A stretch of 64,000 bases of DNA from Chrysomallon squamiferum (Eukaryota; Animalia; Mollusca), in the NCBI GenBank assembly GCA_012295275.1, contig CM022673.1, positions 10,602,001 to 10,666,000 of the forward strand. The letters are read 5' to 3'. Position numbers and translations under genes: made by a program. The notes under the pieces were generated by a model. That model did no database searches. It saw only the letters and a program-made list of their open reading frames with translations, and was not told the DNA's origin. Of the stretch, positions 1 to 40,210 are shown in pieces. Positions within the stretch are counted from its first letter, which is position 1; each line of letters starts with the position of its first letter.

Positions 1-288
1 AAATTTACACTAATTTAACACTACTTATTTCAAACACACATCACTTATAAATAAATCGTTTAAATAAAAATAAAAATAAAGAACTCTTCAAGATGGGATA
101 ACTGTGGAAATGTAACAGTAATGCAACTACCAATCTTTTAACACACTACCATGCTAACCCACTAACCCGACACTGACTCTGACAGACAGAACCCTTCTTC
201 TATAGCTGTATGTTCAGGAAATTCATTCTCCGTACCCCTCTCTATTATATTAAAACAGTGAAATATCTTGCAAGGATACTGCTTTTAC

Positions 289-2067
289 CTTTACTCGAAC
301 TGTTTCCAGGTTCAACCTCTCTTCTTCCACAACAATCAATGCCAGTGCCAGACCAACAGCCCCCCTCAAGCCCCCCCACGTCATCACAATACCATCCTGC
401 CAGGGCATGCCATACCCAATTCGTATCAGCACTGGACTGAGCAGGGCTATTACAACACCTCTGGCAAAACAAAATAATAAATTTTAAAAATAAACAAGAA
501 TATAAACAATATGACAGTTGAAAAGCTCAAATAAATAAAAAAAAAACTATCCTAAAATAAAAATAAAATAATGATAATTATAATGTATATATATGTAGGC
601 ATGTAAAACAAAACCTGCACAAACATATGAAAGACATGTATGACAGTTTTATACATATGAAAGGCACATATGCAGTTTTAAATGCACGCATAAACACATC
701 AACTCATCCATACACCAGTTAGCACACATACACAACTCACACACACTAACTCAGTTACTAACTGAATCAGCGAGTTTATCCTAAATTTCTTCTCTTAATT
801 AAACCAAAGGAAAATTTTAAAATGCTTTCTACTGTGTTAAATATACTAAAACAATCTGAAACATAAAATCATCAACGAGAAATACTTATTTTACCTAATT
901 ACATTGATTCCAAAGTAGAGTGCAACCATGTAAAACCAGTCGATGCCGTGGATTTTAAACAGAGCCCGGTCAGCGATCACAACGCCCACTAAAATGAAAA
1001 TAAGTGTGTTTGCCAGATAGGCTAGCATCTCCCAAAATCTGAAAAATCGGATTAAATAATTGCTGTTTAATATCTGAAATAATTATTTTTACCTGTAGAC
1101 ATTATTTGTATTAAAAAAAACCCACCAACATCTAAATAACTAAATAAATAAATAAAATTAAAAATTTAATTTTTTCTTTTTAATATTAATAATAATAATA
1201 TTTCACATATATGCTTGGCTTGATTATCTGTAGAATATTTTAACTTCGTGTTTAACAGTGTACTTGCAGGTTAATGGCTTAAATATATTTGGTATACTAC
1301 CACTATATCTTTATTTTTGCTAATAATAAATTCTATAACAAGAACATAACAAACGTGTAATGATTTTTAGAAGATGAAACTGTACCTTACGGTAATCATA
1401 CTAAATAATAATCATAATAATAATGATGATGATGATGATGATAATAATGGTGATGATAATAATCATAATAATAATGTTGTTGTTGTTGTTATTGTTGTTG
1501 TTGTGCTGCTACTCTTTTTATCTTCTTCTTCTTCATATTATTATTATTATTGCCATATACTCAGTTTGTCAATGTTTGTTAACATTTCCATATATAAAAA
1601 TGTTGTCAGACTACTCTTTAATATTTATCTGTTGACTCACCTATGCAAAAACAGTTCAACTTCGGGACTAATGCAGGTCCTTTTACTACCAATAGTTATA
1701 CCAAGGATGACAACTGCCAGCACACCAGAAATTTTGAAGAATTCTTCTGCTGCAAAAGCCAGAAATAACAGAAAATTTTATATCTTACTCTCCATTTTAG
1801 AGTCAGTCCAGATATAGGAACATGCTTATAAAACAGCACAACTACAGAGTTTCTTACCAATGTAGAATGTAAGGTAAGTTGATGAAAGGGTAATCGTGAT
1901 TTCTACAATGGCATCATTGAAGATTCTAGAGAGCCAGAATATTGTGATTTCTGCCATAAGAAAACCAAATGCTGGACCACCAATAGCAACACGCATGAAG
2001 TTCACGATAATGTCTTTACCTACAAGATAAAGAAATAAAAATTTAAAAATTATAATCAGTAATCAGT

Positions 2068-2098
<31 letters not shown>

Positions 2099-3298
2099 AT
2101 AGTTAGATAATTATTTTTTAAAATGTCAGAACCGATAGAATCAAAGACCATTTTGTAAACTGTAATAACTAGACATTTAAGAAAATATATGATATTGCAG
2201 TTGATTTCTTTCAATATCTATCAGACACTTACAATTTAGTACATACAAAATTGAAAATATACTGTTAGAATCTAATTAAGACAAACTGAATAATTAAATG
2301 TTCAAAATTTGAAAATTAAGGACAGAAACTAATTAAAACAAAACTGAGAATTTGAAATTTTAAATAAAAAAAAGTGAAAACTTTAATGATATAAAATAAG
2401 AAATTAAAATTAAAGGAAAAATCAGATGCTAATTAAAAGTTATGTGGATCGTTTTGGAAAGTTTTACACACCAGTGATAGATTCGTTTTCTACAGCAAGT
2501 TCAAAAAACACATTGAAGAGGACAATGGCTGCTCCATCATTAAACAAGGATTCCCCTTCAGTGACCATAGCCAGCTGTTTGGAGGCACCTGTTTAATACA
2601 AAACATATCAGTATCAGCTCTTCACATTTTTAAAATTAGGAGTAAACAGTATTTATGGTGTCAAGAGTACTAACATATAAAAAACCATCCTTAGCAGGTT
2701 TTTTGTTAAATGTTTTCTTACTAGTGGTATATTAAGCGTATGGATGACAGCATGAAGAAACTTACAAAACAGTCATGTATTTGAGAATGAGAAAAAACAT
2801 TGCAAAATGGACATATCTGTTAGCTTCTCGATGTTTCTTTCTGTCCTTCATTTTTGGGGGTTTTTTTTGTTTATTTTTAAGGATATCAAAAATACACTAA
2901 AATGAAATGAAAATGTCAGACTCCATTGTGATATTATGATTATACTTTTTATTATTATTGACAACAACTGGTTTTCCATAAAGCAGACACATGTTGAATT
3001 ATATATATATATATATATACACAAAAAAAATAGTAAGAAGAGTAAGAAGAAAAAAGCTCTAGGTTGTTTATATATCACTGCAGGTATACAAAATTAACTT
3101 TTTAAGCATACAGAATATATTTATTCTGGTTATTAAATTCACCACAGGTATACCAAATTCATTTTGGAGTGTACATAGTCTCTTTTGACTGTTTGGTCTC
3201 ATTATAAAATTCATTTTTGAGTAAACACAATATTTGTTGAGTGCTGGAATCACCACAGTAGTAAAAAATAAAAATAAAATAATAATAAAAAATAAACA

Positions 3299-3337
<39 letters not shown>

Positions 3338-6331
3338 ATGAAATGAAATGAAATAATAAAAAATAAAAATAAAATAATAATAAAAAATAAACATAAATAA
3401 ATAAAATAAATAAATAAATAAATAAATAAATAAAATGAAATGAAATGAAATAATAAAAAATAAAAATAATAAAAATTATAATAATTATAATAATATCATT
3501 ATTATTAAAAAACAATAATAAAAATAAAAATAAGAATAAATCAAATAAAGATCAAGTGGTATTATTTAGCAGTTAATAAGAAGTAATAATACTGTTTTAC
3601 TGACCAGTTTCTCTCAGAATGGCGACAACAGCCACAGGGTCTGTGGCACTGAGTATGCTTCCAAACATCATCCCAATTATCCAGCTCCAGTTATAATTAA
3701 ACATGTGCACACACAAAATGCAAGTGAGAAAAGCTGCCAAAGCTAAAATAATTTAAAAAAAAGAGAGAGAGATTATCAGCAACAAAAAAAAAAAAACATG
3801 TATGTGTTTTTGTATGTATGCATGTATGTGTGTGTGTGTCTCTATGTCTGTATACACATATGTATATAATATGTGTGTGTATGTGTGTGTGCATGTGTGT
3901 GTATGCATGTATGTGTTTGTATGTATGTATGCATATACTAACTATAGTTGGAATACTGATTTTAGAAAGAATAAATTTGTTAATTTGCAAAAAATAATAT
4001 TTTATATCAGCAATTACAGACATTTACAAATGGATTTATACCTGTCTGGGTAAACATATTTATCTATAATCTACACCTTATTCTTAATCTAAACCCTTTT
4101 CTTACAGGACACATCAAACTGCATAATGTAATCACTTGAATTAATGGGCTTTTGTAAAAGAAGAAAAAAAAAGTGTCACAAGATTATCTTATCTATTATT
4201 TGAAAAATTTCAGAAAGGCCATACAATCAAAGGTTTAAGAAAATAATCTTTTACTTAATAAAATATTAATTTTTTTTTTTTTTTTTTTACATAATAAAGA
4301 TAAATAATGCTAAGAATATTACCTGCAAAAATTATGTATTAAATTAATGGTGATTTTTTTCAAATAACGAATTAACGTTAAGATGGATCATTTAAATAAT
4401 TACAGGTATTATGTTTGTCCATACTTATTATGACCCTAACAACAAGAAGAAAATACATAAAGACTTAAATAAAAACACAAATGAAGGAAAAAATAAAAAA
4501 TAAAAACAGAGGTTGATTTTCTTGCTCCATGTGCTGTTTGGAATATACTGAAACCACCAGGCAATATTTCTTAAGGAAATAAAGAAATTTAAAATTAAAT
4601 TCTGAGTAACATCCATTCCAAATTAAGCCAGGTCTTAAGTAAGTGTATGTCTGTTTATAAGATATCCTCTGGGTGGATCCAGTTTTCTGATGAGTGTGGG
4701 GGTCAATGACAAAAAGGGCACCATAACATTATGAAAAGTCACTACTGAAAAATTAGACATGGTTTACATGGACCATAAGATAATAGTGCAATAACAGGGA
4801 TGTTGGCAGACGTATTCTGCAGTGTTCCATACATTGACAGAAAATGCCAATATTTTGTAAAAAGCCTAAAATTACTAAATAAATGGACCACTCCTCCAAT
4901 TTGGGGGTGTCTGGACATCTTACACACCCTCAAGATCTGTCCCAGATCCTCAGATTGTGTTATATTTATAACATGAACACAAGTAACAGAAAAATATATA
5001 AAAAAGGATTTATGTTACAATTATTTGTGTCTAACTGAGATGTGTTACATCTGTTATTTATGTAACGGTTATTTGTTTGGGCCCTGTGTTTATTAGCAGA
5101 GTCTTGAATATTTTGGAATAAAAGGACAGATAGTCTCTTGCAAGTCTTTTACACACATTTTGCTACAAAGTCTTTGAATCAGTGCATTAAATTTATTTAT
5201 TTAATCCCTTCCCATCTAAATATCTCATAGTATATATATTTTCCTATTTGTGTTATCAGATATGGATTTAGATATAACAAGCAAGGCCCTATACAGCAAC
5301 ACAGACTGTGTGCAACAACAGAAGACCTATAAAACTTTAGATTAAAATTTTTATTGTAGTTTAAAACAACAATAACAAAAATAAATAACTTACCCAGTCC
5401 AGGAAGAGCTAAGATCAAGACTTGAAAAATTGACTTCTTAAAAGTATGATACTCCATTGCAAAGGCAGACTCAAAGATCAGTACTGGTAGAAATACAAAC
5501 ATAATGACGTGAGGGTCAGCATCGGCAATACACTGAATCACATAATTTTGAACGTCACTGACTTGTCTGGCTGTAACCCCCAACACTACTCCCAGAAGAA
5601 GCAACACTACTGTGTAAGGCAATTTTGGTTTTATGATGCAAACCAGCTGCCGAACAATAGCTGCAACGAAATAAAAACTTAATAATAATAAAAAATATAT
5701 ATTTTTGGGGAGTATAATATTATCAAAAATTAAATGTAAGAACAATATAATAATAATGATTATGTATTGACCAAGCATTTCTTGTATAATGATAATATTG
5801 GGCAGGAAAGCTGTAGTCATCACTCTTTGCTGATTAAACACCTAGACACAGGAAAAAACATAACATACTATTTAATAAACAAGACTGGTACTTGCTGAAA
5901 CAGCTAACAAAATTTTATTTAATGTTATTGTTGTAATTTTAATTAATAAACTTTAACATAAGTTATATGTGCGCGTCAGTGTATCCATAACATACAAGCT
6001 TTGAACAAAACGAAGTTACTATGCAGAGTTAATTTAATGTATCCTTGTTACTTCGGAATAAATTAGCTGACAGAGTCAGAATTATAAGGCAGATGGACGA
6101 ATGTTTAAATAAGAATAAACTGACCTAGAGTGGAAAATACATTCATACCGTTAAAATTGTTTATAAAATTTTTGGAATAATTTTATACTTACCGCCAAGG
6201 GCACAGCCGAAGAACACGAACAGAACAAGGGCTATGTGTTTGGATCCAGTTTGTTCAGTTGGATGTGTTGTATTCAAAATATTCGCTATAATAATGTCAG
6301 TAACATTTGTTATATTGCCTGTTTCGTTCAT
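289..6331 (-). CDS. SLC9C1: Sperm-type sodium/hydrogen exchanger (SLC9C1/sNHE-like, CPA1 family), 5' part only; gene continues beyond the left window edge
   Basis: Eight GT-AG exons splice in frame: 6193-6331, 5394-5660, 3605-3742, 2472-2588, 1858-2019, 1641-1749, 895-1038, 289-460 (416 codons). The translation has CPA1 motifs FLPVLIFESAF, FGSILSATDPVAVVAIL, EGESLFNDG, FWEMLAYLANTLIF and TWGGLRGAVGLALAL. These fit the SLC9C/SOS1-like clade. The voltage-sensor and cyclic-nucleotide-binding domains that would confirm SLC9C lie outside the window. Confidence 0.88.
4669..4945. mobile_element. Possible decayed MITE in an SLC9C1 intron
   Basis: Imperfect terminal inverted repeats (CTGGGTGGATCC ... 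AGATCTGTCCCAG), ATCCT on both flanks, and a GC-richer interior than the surrounding intron. Confidence 0.3.
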
Positions 6332-6370
6332 GTTCTACCTAAAATGAAGATGATACATTTACGGGAAGTA

Positions 6371-6405
6371 ACGTCACTGAAACAATAGTAGACTATATTA
6401 CGTCA
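6371..6405 (-). promoter_or_regulatory. Putative CRE half-site / Sox site / CRE half-site module upstream of the SLC9C1-like ATG
   Basis: On the minus strand: TGACGT (6400-6405), ATTGTT (6381-6386), TGACGT (6371-6376), 40-75 nt upstream of the ATG at 6331. The same order occurs at 50293-50321 and 54680-54705. Confidence 0.5.
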
Positions 6406-8270
6406 TTTTTATAAACTACGAAAGACCAATTTTAACAATTTGTGGGGATTTGTTTGTTGCTTTTTTTTTTCTTCTTTTTTTTTTTTGTTTTGTTGTGTTG
6501 TTTTTTCATTATTTCTGTTTTGTTTTAGTGTTGTTATACTTGTTATTCTGTTAGGTAATGGCTATCGACATGTTACTGCATAAAAGCTTTTACTGTCCTT
6601 TAAATAATAAATATGTTGTTTTTGTTTTTTTTAAAAGGCATTAACTGGCAAATGAATATTATTTACGGGAAAAAAACATAGATTTACATAAAGTAACATT
6701 TTTTACCTCATTTATTATTATTTCACCAGTTTTAGATAGCTAGAATCAGTACCAAGTAATAAAACAACAGCAACAACAAGGACAAAATTAATGCAATGTG
6801 TGTGTGTCCGAACAAGTGCCATCAGTCCGAAAACGGATGGAATCTGTATAATTATTATTTCTTTTTTCTTCTTCTTCATCTTCTTTTTTTTTTTTTTTTT
6901 TTTTTTTTTTGACAATGTAACACTTCCAGAGTAAGTCTGCTAACTTAAATTGTATAAAGCACGCAAGATTAATACAGTCGTAACAGGATATTTGGAATAC
7001 GAACTGCCTTCTGTACAATTGTTTTCCAACCATACTGTTGCAAACAGTGATGTGTAATGGAAGTTGTTAAATGAAAATAATTCTTGTCTCATACAAATTA
7101 TTTTCTTACTCTTTAAATATATTATTTTAACAGAAGCAAACATAGTGAGAGCTCAAAACCACATTTTTCGGAGCAATAACCATTGAGGATCGATAACATA
7201 TTTTACTCACAACATTCAATCAAAACAAAAATTTACGGTTCGCGTTAAAGATTTTATTTAGGTGATTGCCTTCTATCAAAATACGTCGAATCCTGAATCA
7301 TCTGCCTATTTATATTCATCGTACTTTTATACCCGAGGTCTGAAATTTCAAATTTAGATTCTGAAACTAAGTCTATTGTCCTTTGAATAATAAATATGTT
7401 TTTTTTTGTTTTTTGTTTCTTTAATATTTGTTTTGCATTTATAATTTGGACAACAATATTTTGAAAATATAACAGAAATTGCAACTATTTGTCAATTATA
7501 TAGATACACAAATACACACACACGCACACATCAAAACAGGGTTAAATATTTTATTTACTGATGTCGAGTAAAACCATAAAACCTTTTATAAGACGTTTTA
7601 TAAATAAATGAAAATATATAGATATATGTAGTATTAATAATGCATGTCTCTGTATTTGTCTGTGTCTCTTTGTCAACTATTTATCTTTCTTCGTCTGTCT
7701 TTTTTATTCTGTCTCTCTACCTGTCTGTCTGTCTTTTTATCTTTATTATCTCTGTCTGACTCACTGTCTGATTGTCTGTTGTCTTTTTATTTAACAACTT
7801 ATCTATGTATCATATCAATCATTTTCTAGCTATCTAGTACAAATCGATGGGTAGATAGTTAAATCGTTTGCCATTTCAATCAATAACTTTTAGTTATCAT
7901 TTCATTTTAAATATTTAATTATCATTTTACATTTGAACATAAATTGTGAGAAAGAGAAAAAAAAAAAAAAATTGTAAACCTACCTTAAAAAAGTATCGGA
8001 GCAAAAACAAGTTGAAACCAGTGTTGATAGAAAACCAGCTCTGACAGAAGAGATTATAATAAACACAGACTGTAGGCTTACTGACATGCCCATTTTACAA
8101 AGTTGGCATGATTAATGTATCTATTCCATCTTACAGGTACGCTTCATACATGATCCGAAAATTAGTCTACTTGTTCGTTTAGCCATGTCTATCTTGAAAT
8201 GTATATGTTAACTGTAGGTTTTTAAATAAAATTTTTTACATTATTTTGATCAAGAATCGTTTTATTATTA

Positions 8271-8313
<43 letters not shown>

Positions 8314-10786
8314 GTTGCTCTCAGTATTTTTATTGTTCCATTATTTTTTTAAATAAATAATAATAATAATAATTTACTTATTTATTATTTTATTTTATTT
8401 ATTTATTTTAAATTTATTTTTTAGCTTTTTCTGTTACTGTTGTTTTGTTTTCATACGTGTATAATGACCAAAACTGTACAAACAAAACAACAGTAAAAAA
8501 ATCCAACAACAAACAAACCAAAAAACAAATAACAACAACAAAAATACACGTAAATATTATTTAATTGAATTAAAAGTTTCAAATTAATCGAATGTCAGTG
8601 TGTGTGTGTGTGTGTGTGTATGTGAGAGAGAGAGGATGCGGCTCAATTTTATTTATTAATTTATTTTAAGATTAGTGAAGGAATAAAAAAAAAGAAGACA
8701 CCATGTAAATTACTGGAAAATTTTAAGTTGTCTACTTCAGATTTTTTGATTTATAAAATACCAAAACTGATGTACTTATGTTAAATATGTTTATTCAGCG
8801 TAACTCTAATTTTGCAAACTAAACATTTAGAGAACGATTAAAAGGAAAACAACAGCAAAATCATAACCAGTCACGTGGTTAGAGCAGGCATTAGAAAAAA
8901 CCCTCCCCAGATAAAAAAAAAAAAAAAAATGTTAAAAAACCCTCCCTCCCTGGTGTCCGAACCTTGCGCTGTTACTCCTTCCAGCAGTTCTCCTTATTCA
9001 AACTTTCATCTTATTTATTTGTTTGTGTGTTTTCTTTTTTTATTTGTTGTGAATTTTCTTTGTAAACCGAAATAATCTGTTACCGTACACTTCAGCAAGA
9101 TGGTATACGAACGCCATGTAGGTAACAACACCTGCTAATTATATACAAAAAACTTGTTCCAGATTTATTTTTAATTTCAAAAACTTTAAGCTGGACAATA
9201 GTCTTGGCTACCAACCACAGGTTACAAGATGAATCCTTTATGTTTGGTTATAAGGCATGCGTGAAATTTGACAATGGTTGTCCGGTATTAAAGCTTGTTA
9301 TTGTAATAAAAAAAAATAAATATATATAAAATAAAAATAAATAAATAAATAAAAATAAAAATAAAAACAACAATAATAATAATAATAAAATAAAATAAAA
9401 TATAAATAGAAGCAATAATATATATATATATCTATATATATATATATATATAATAAATTAAAAATAATAATAATAAAAATAAAATTAAAATAAAAACCGA
9501 CAGTATATTTGAAATAAATATTTCTCAAGTTCAGAACCTTTCTATTAATCTCCAACATCGTATTTGTAACCTGTCATGCGGCATAATGCGGACATGTCTT
9601 ATTGTATGTAGTAAGTACGTTCGTGCATGCGTGCTTCAATACATTAATGACACGTTTGTTGTTATTATTAGAGACAAGGTCAAGGTCGGACATAGTCAGT
9701 TCAGCTAATAGCTTGCTTATTATATTTCATGTGTTGTTGTATAGAAATATATTAACAGCAAGAACGACAACATCATCAACAACAACAACGACAGTAATAA
9801 TAATAATAATAAGCATTGGATGTGTTTATGTCACTATGCCCAAAATATTCTGAACCTAGACAAAAAAAGAAAAGAAAAAAAGTATTACGCTACAAATACC
9901 CATCTGTATATGCTGCTGCATACCATTACTGTTATCGCTGTCTTTGAGAAATCTCTATCCAACATTACAAAGTACTATATAATATACTAAGCAAACTGTT
10001 TGCTGAACCGACCATACCTGGCCTTTATTATCTCTAATAACAATAAATATATCATTATAACGTACCGAAACATTTGTCTTACATTCAAAACAAATTCTGA
10101 AAATCTCAGTTACTTAGACATCCTTTAACATTATCAAAATGTTCTTATTTCAAACACCGCTAATTTATATACTGTTTTTAAAATACCCAATTCATTCATA
10201 ACTAATTATACTTTATTTTCGAGAATAAACATTTAATTACTTATTTTATAAGTGATACTATCCAGATGTCTGTAAATGAATATCTATCGCTAATGAAAGG
10301 AACTAGTGAACTAAGGTTTAACTTACGCGTTTCAGTCGAACTTACGCGATTTGGTTTGAATGTCACTGTGTTTAAATCTATTAAAAATTTGATAATTTAC
10401 TTATTTTGTAACTTAATAAAATTTATTAGTACATAGTCACTTTCTTTTCAAACCGGACTGAATTATTGTTTGATTTAAATGGGTTGTTTTAGTGAGGGTT
10501 ATTTATTTATTTATTTATTTTAGTCTTTGCGTTTCTTTTATTTCAAAATATAATCTTTAATGGAAACAGCATAGTTTATCTAATAACGTTTTAAGTAAAA
10601 TGTGAGTCGAAATGTTATTTAATAATAATTCATAAAAATAATAAACAAACAAAATTAAATAATACATAATAAAAAAGTAAAACAAAAAGAAAGATTTATG
10701 TAGGCTAAAATTATTTTAACTTAACCGACATCTTTAATTTTTCTCAGGTGATACATTTTTATCTACAACAATTTTGTCGTCTGCTT

Positions 10787-10817
<31 letters not shown>

Positions 10818-11266
10818 TGATTCATAAATAAAAAAATTAAATGTTTGCACGCAATAATTGCAGAAAAACACAAGAAACTGTAATAAGAATCATGACTTTA
10901 TCATCCAAGAATGTTTTCTGCATCCACATCATTTAAGCAAACTACATGTACGCACTAGAAAGACTTTGATAGCTGTCATCGACTACTTTCGGAACACACC
11001 GGCCCATTTCAGATTTATGATTGTATCAGTATTCTATAATTAAAAAATCTTTGAATAAAATTCCACTGAAAACAAAGTAAAAGATAAATCAGACTCTGTC
11101 GAGAATATATTACTTAATATTATTTCTGTAGCGTTATAATAACAGAAAGACGGAAAATAACGATATTTCTCAAACAAACCGGAAGAATACGATACGTAAA
11201 AGCATTTCCGCGTTCCTTCGTTTGATTTAATTTATTTTATTTTGTTAACATCATAAAACAGTTACT

Positions 11267-36545
<25,279 letters not shown>

Positions 36546-39500
36546 GAATAAAACCAGTGAAATATGTATTAACCCTGAACTGAAACCTGGAATAGAAACA
36601 TTTATATAGAAGACATATTTTTTCTATCATAATTATATATATATATATATATATACACAGAGAAAGATATATAAATGAAAATTGTTTTAATTTTTTTTAT
36701 TTTGATTGGAAAAATATTCTGTTGGAATAAAATGCAATTAAAACCTATTAATGTTATAGCTATTTGTGCTAATAAAAATAATCAAAATGATAAATCTGAA
36801 TTATTTTATTATACATATACTTAATGTAACCAATTTTTATTATGGAAATTTATTTTTTATTATAATAAAAAGTTATTAAAATTGTTTTTGTTATTTAAAC
36901 TGATATTATTTTCACCTTTCTTTTTTCTATCTTTTGTATAAAGTAATTTTAAAAAATACTACTACTTTAATATTGAAATTATTTATTTCAGTTAAAAATA
37001 AAGTATATAGTTTTTAAAAGTTACTTTGGTAAATATTTAACTCAGACTATGCAGAGATAAATAACAGTATATTAGTTTGTTGTTTATTGTGTCAAGTGTG
37101 AGGGTGTATTATTTTCCCAAATAAATATTTATTAAATGGTGGAAACCAGCCTTTGCTAATAATAATGTATCTTAATGTAGGCTGATGGAGGCAAAAAAAA
37201 AGACTGTCATTTTCCCTAGTGGTCTAGTTTTTCTATAAAAGGTACAAAAATCAATAATTAAAAAAAAATCATAAAAAAAATCAATAAAATAATAATAATA
37301 ATAAACAAATAAAATTAAATATATAATTAAACTAAAAAAAAAAGAAGAAAAAAATCAATAAATAGTAACAATAAATTTATAATTATAAATTTATACAGCC
37401 AATAATTGATTTATTAATCAGTTATATCTTATCATCAAGTCAGCAAATCTGCAGTAACAGTCAAATTATTAGAGATATTTCTTTGTTGTTTAAATGAAAA
37501 TAATTTCTGGAATAAAAAGTTATGAAGAAAAAAAGAAGTGATAATAATAGAGCTGAGACACTACCCTGAAAATAACAACATAAATCAGTGAATTAACAAG
37601 TTTTTAAAAACTTTATTATTTCTAACTCTTAATAAGATCAACAGAATTGTTGATTAACAAATATAAAACAACAGAGCAAAAAGATCAAAGCCACAATGCA
37701 GGCTTTAGCCTGGAGCAATTTTCACATTCAAATTCTGAAAAAAGGCAATTAGTAACAATCATATAGAAAAAGAATTAAATAAAAAGTGGTTCAAAAAATA
37801 ATACTAATAATTAACATATGGCCTAAACAATATTAATTTTAAAAATTACTGACATACATTTTTTCTTTCAGATATAAACAAAATTTAATGCTATTGCAAA
37901 TATGTATAAATTTGATTTATAACAAATCTTAAATGGGAATTAATATACTAAAATTTTAAATATCCTGTTTCATAAACAATAACAACAGACATTTGTAAGA
38001 GCAGGATTTAGATATTTGAACATAATTTAAAAGATTCCCAAATGATTAATAAATATAAACTCTAGGGCTGAAGGTATTAAATTATCAATAAAACATCTTT
38101 TCAGAATTATTCCATTTCCCATTCCATTATTTAAAATTGAAATAAAATAGTTTTCATTTTTAGTTTTTTTTTCTTTTTTCTCATGATCTTTATTTGCCCA
38201 ATGGATCATCATCTGATAATCAAAACATATAATAGATTTATATCATAATGGATTTGCTTTAACATGTTAGTTAAAAGATTTCAAAAGATAAATCATTTAT
38301 AAATTAAGTCTTGAAATTTCCTTTTCTGATACTTATTTTAATTTTTCTGAGTTTAGTTGTTCTAAGTACTTTAAGACCAAACAGTACATAATTCTTTAAT
38401 ATTCCATTTAATCTAAATGTAAAAACATAGATGTTTTCTTCAAATGATCTGATTTTACATAACTAAATTAAACATTCAGTAAAAAATATTAGAATTATAG
38501 AGAATGGACTGTGCCTAAACTTGTTAAAAAAAAACAACTAGTAAAGTTAGACGTCATTATTTTTATTACTTGGAAAAGAAATAATCTGGAATATAAATTT
38601 AAAATATTTATAAGTTTACTTCAGTTCAAAAGAAAAATTTCTGTATCATTTTCCTAAATGTTCAATACTTCACTTCATTCAAAATCTATTATACCTAAAG
38701 TAAAATATTTCTGAAATTGTAATTTTATATTCAGTTTGTTGTAGTAATACATCAGCATATTAATGATTATATTTAGGTTACTTAAGTTAAAATTACAGTC
38801 AAACAATATCCTGTTTTTCATATTTACAGACTTCAAAATCATAACAAAGCTGCAGACTAGCATTTTCAGAACTGCAGTAAATGTTTTGTTAATGTATAAT
38901 AACAAACAACTGGTGTCAAACCTTTATTTCAGATGTTTTCTCAACCATATCAAAAATTAACAATCCAAATATATGGTCTCCAGCCGTCAAACTTAACAAA
39001 CTGAGATCTACTCACAAACATATGTTGAAATGATTTATCAACCATTAAATGGCTCAGCCTGCATCATCTTTAACATAACCATGTCTCATATATTTCCTTA
39101 TTCTAATACAATTAGATAACAACAAAACAATTCCAAGCCAACTTAGATAGAATTCTTTATGAATTCAGAAGTTGTATCCACCACAGCCAACATAAATGAA
39201 AACTTCCTACACCAACCACATTCCAACAATGACTGACAATCAGTGATCTTGCAGTTTTTAATGAAGATTTTGCTATCTTTGTTTTGCTTCTGCTTCCCAC
39301 TAAAAAGTATCCTTTAAAACATAAAATTCAGATCTAAACTGCATAATTACCACACAATAAATAATAACTCCAATCTGACAAATCCAACATCTACAAATCA
39401 GACACCTTCTTCTATTCACTGTCTAAGCTGAAATAACTATCGAAATGAAAGCATGGCATCTCTGCTTGTTATATTTTGGTTCTGCTCCTTTCCTTGACAC

Positions 39501-40210
39501 TTTAATGTTTTTTTTAATTATGCTAATGTATTAATTCTGATTGATTTTTTATTACAAAGATTAACTGTATTTAAACATTTACATCCAGTGACTATCTCTC
39601 ATTTTTTCATTTCATTATCATTTACAGTAAATCTGTAATATGCACTCTGATAAACATTAGGTAAACAATTGTGCACAACAGTTTGCCTATAAAGACAATC
39701 ACTGAACTAACCTAACAGTGCAACTTAGAACTAAAAGATCATAAAATATACAAGAGACAAAAGTCACTAAAATGTTCCAAATAGAGAATTCATTTCATGA
39801 AAAATAGAGGCATAATATTAAGATAGAAAAAAAAAGAAAAAAAAAAAAGAATTTATTCTGTATACACAGTGCTCTAACAAACTATGTAAATAAATATTAT
39901 GTTTTTTAGGGAGACTGTTTGGCAAAACTGTAAAATCATATAATTATGAAACTGAAAGATATTCAGTGCCTACTTGAAATTTTTTTTTTCACCAAGTTTA
40001 TATTTGTACAACAGCTTAAAAGACAAAATCTTAAGGTAAAATGTATACAATTAAAAACAACATATCAGGCCAGATAAAACAAAATATTAATACAACTGAA
40101 AATAACTGTTTTTGACATCAGGAAAAGTTATGATAAAAACAGTGTTACATTACTGGAATACTACATTAATGTAATAGATAATGGAAATTCAAAATTCAGT
40201 ATAATAATAA

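Noticed and set aside
1374-1817. 147-aa plus-strand ORF and overlapping ORFs
   Set aside because: Made of AAT/GAT/GTT microsatellites plus the antisense strand of an SLC9C1 exon.
3068-4053. Several F/I/Y- or C/V-rich ORFs and a ~95-bp AT-rich duplication
   Set aside because: Translations of (AAAT)n and (TG/TATG)n simple repeats inside SLC9C1 introns.
8108-8136. ATG...TACAG|GTACG as another harmonin first exon
   Set aside because: Phase 1 or 2, incompatible with exon 21574, and no similarity to the harmonin N-terminus.
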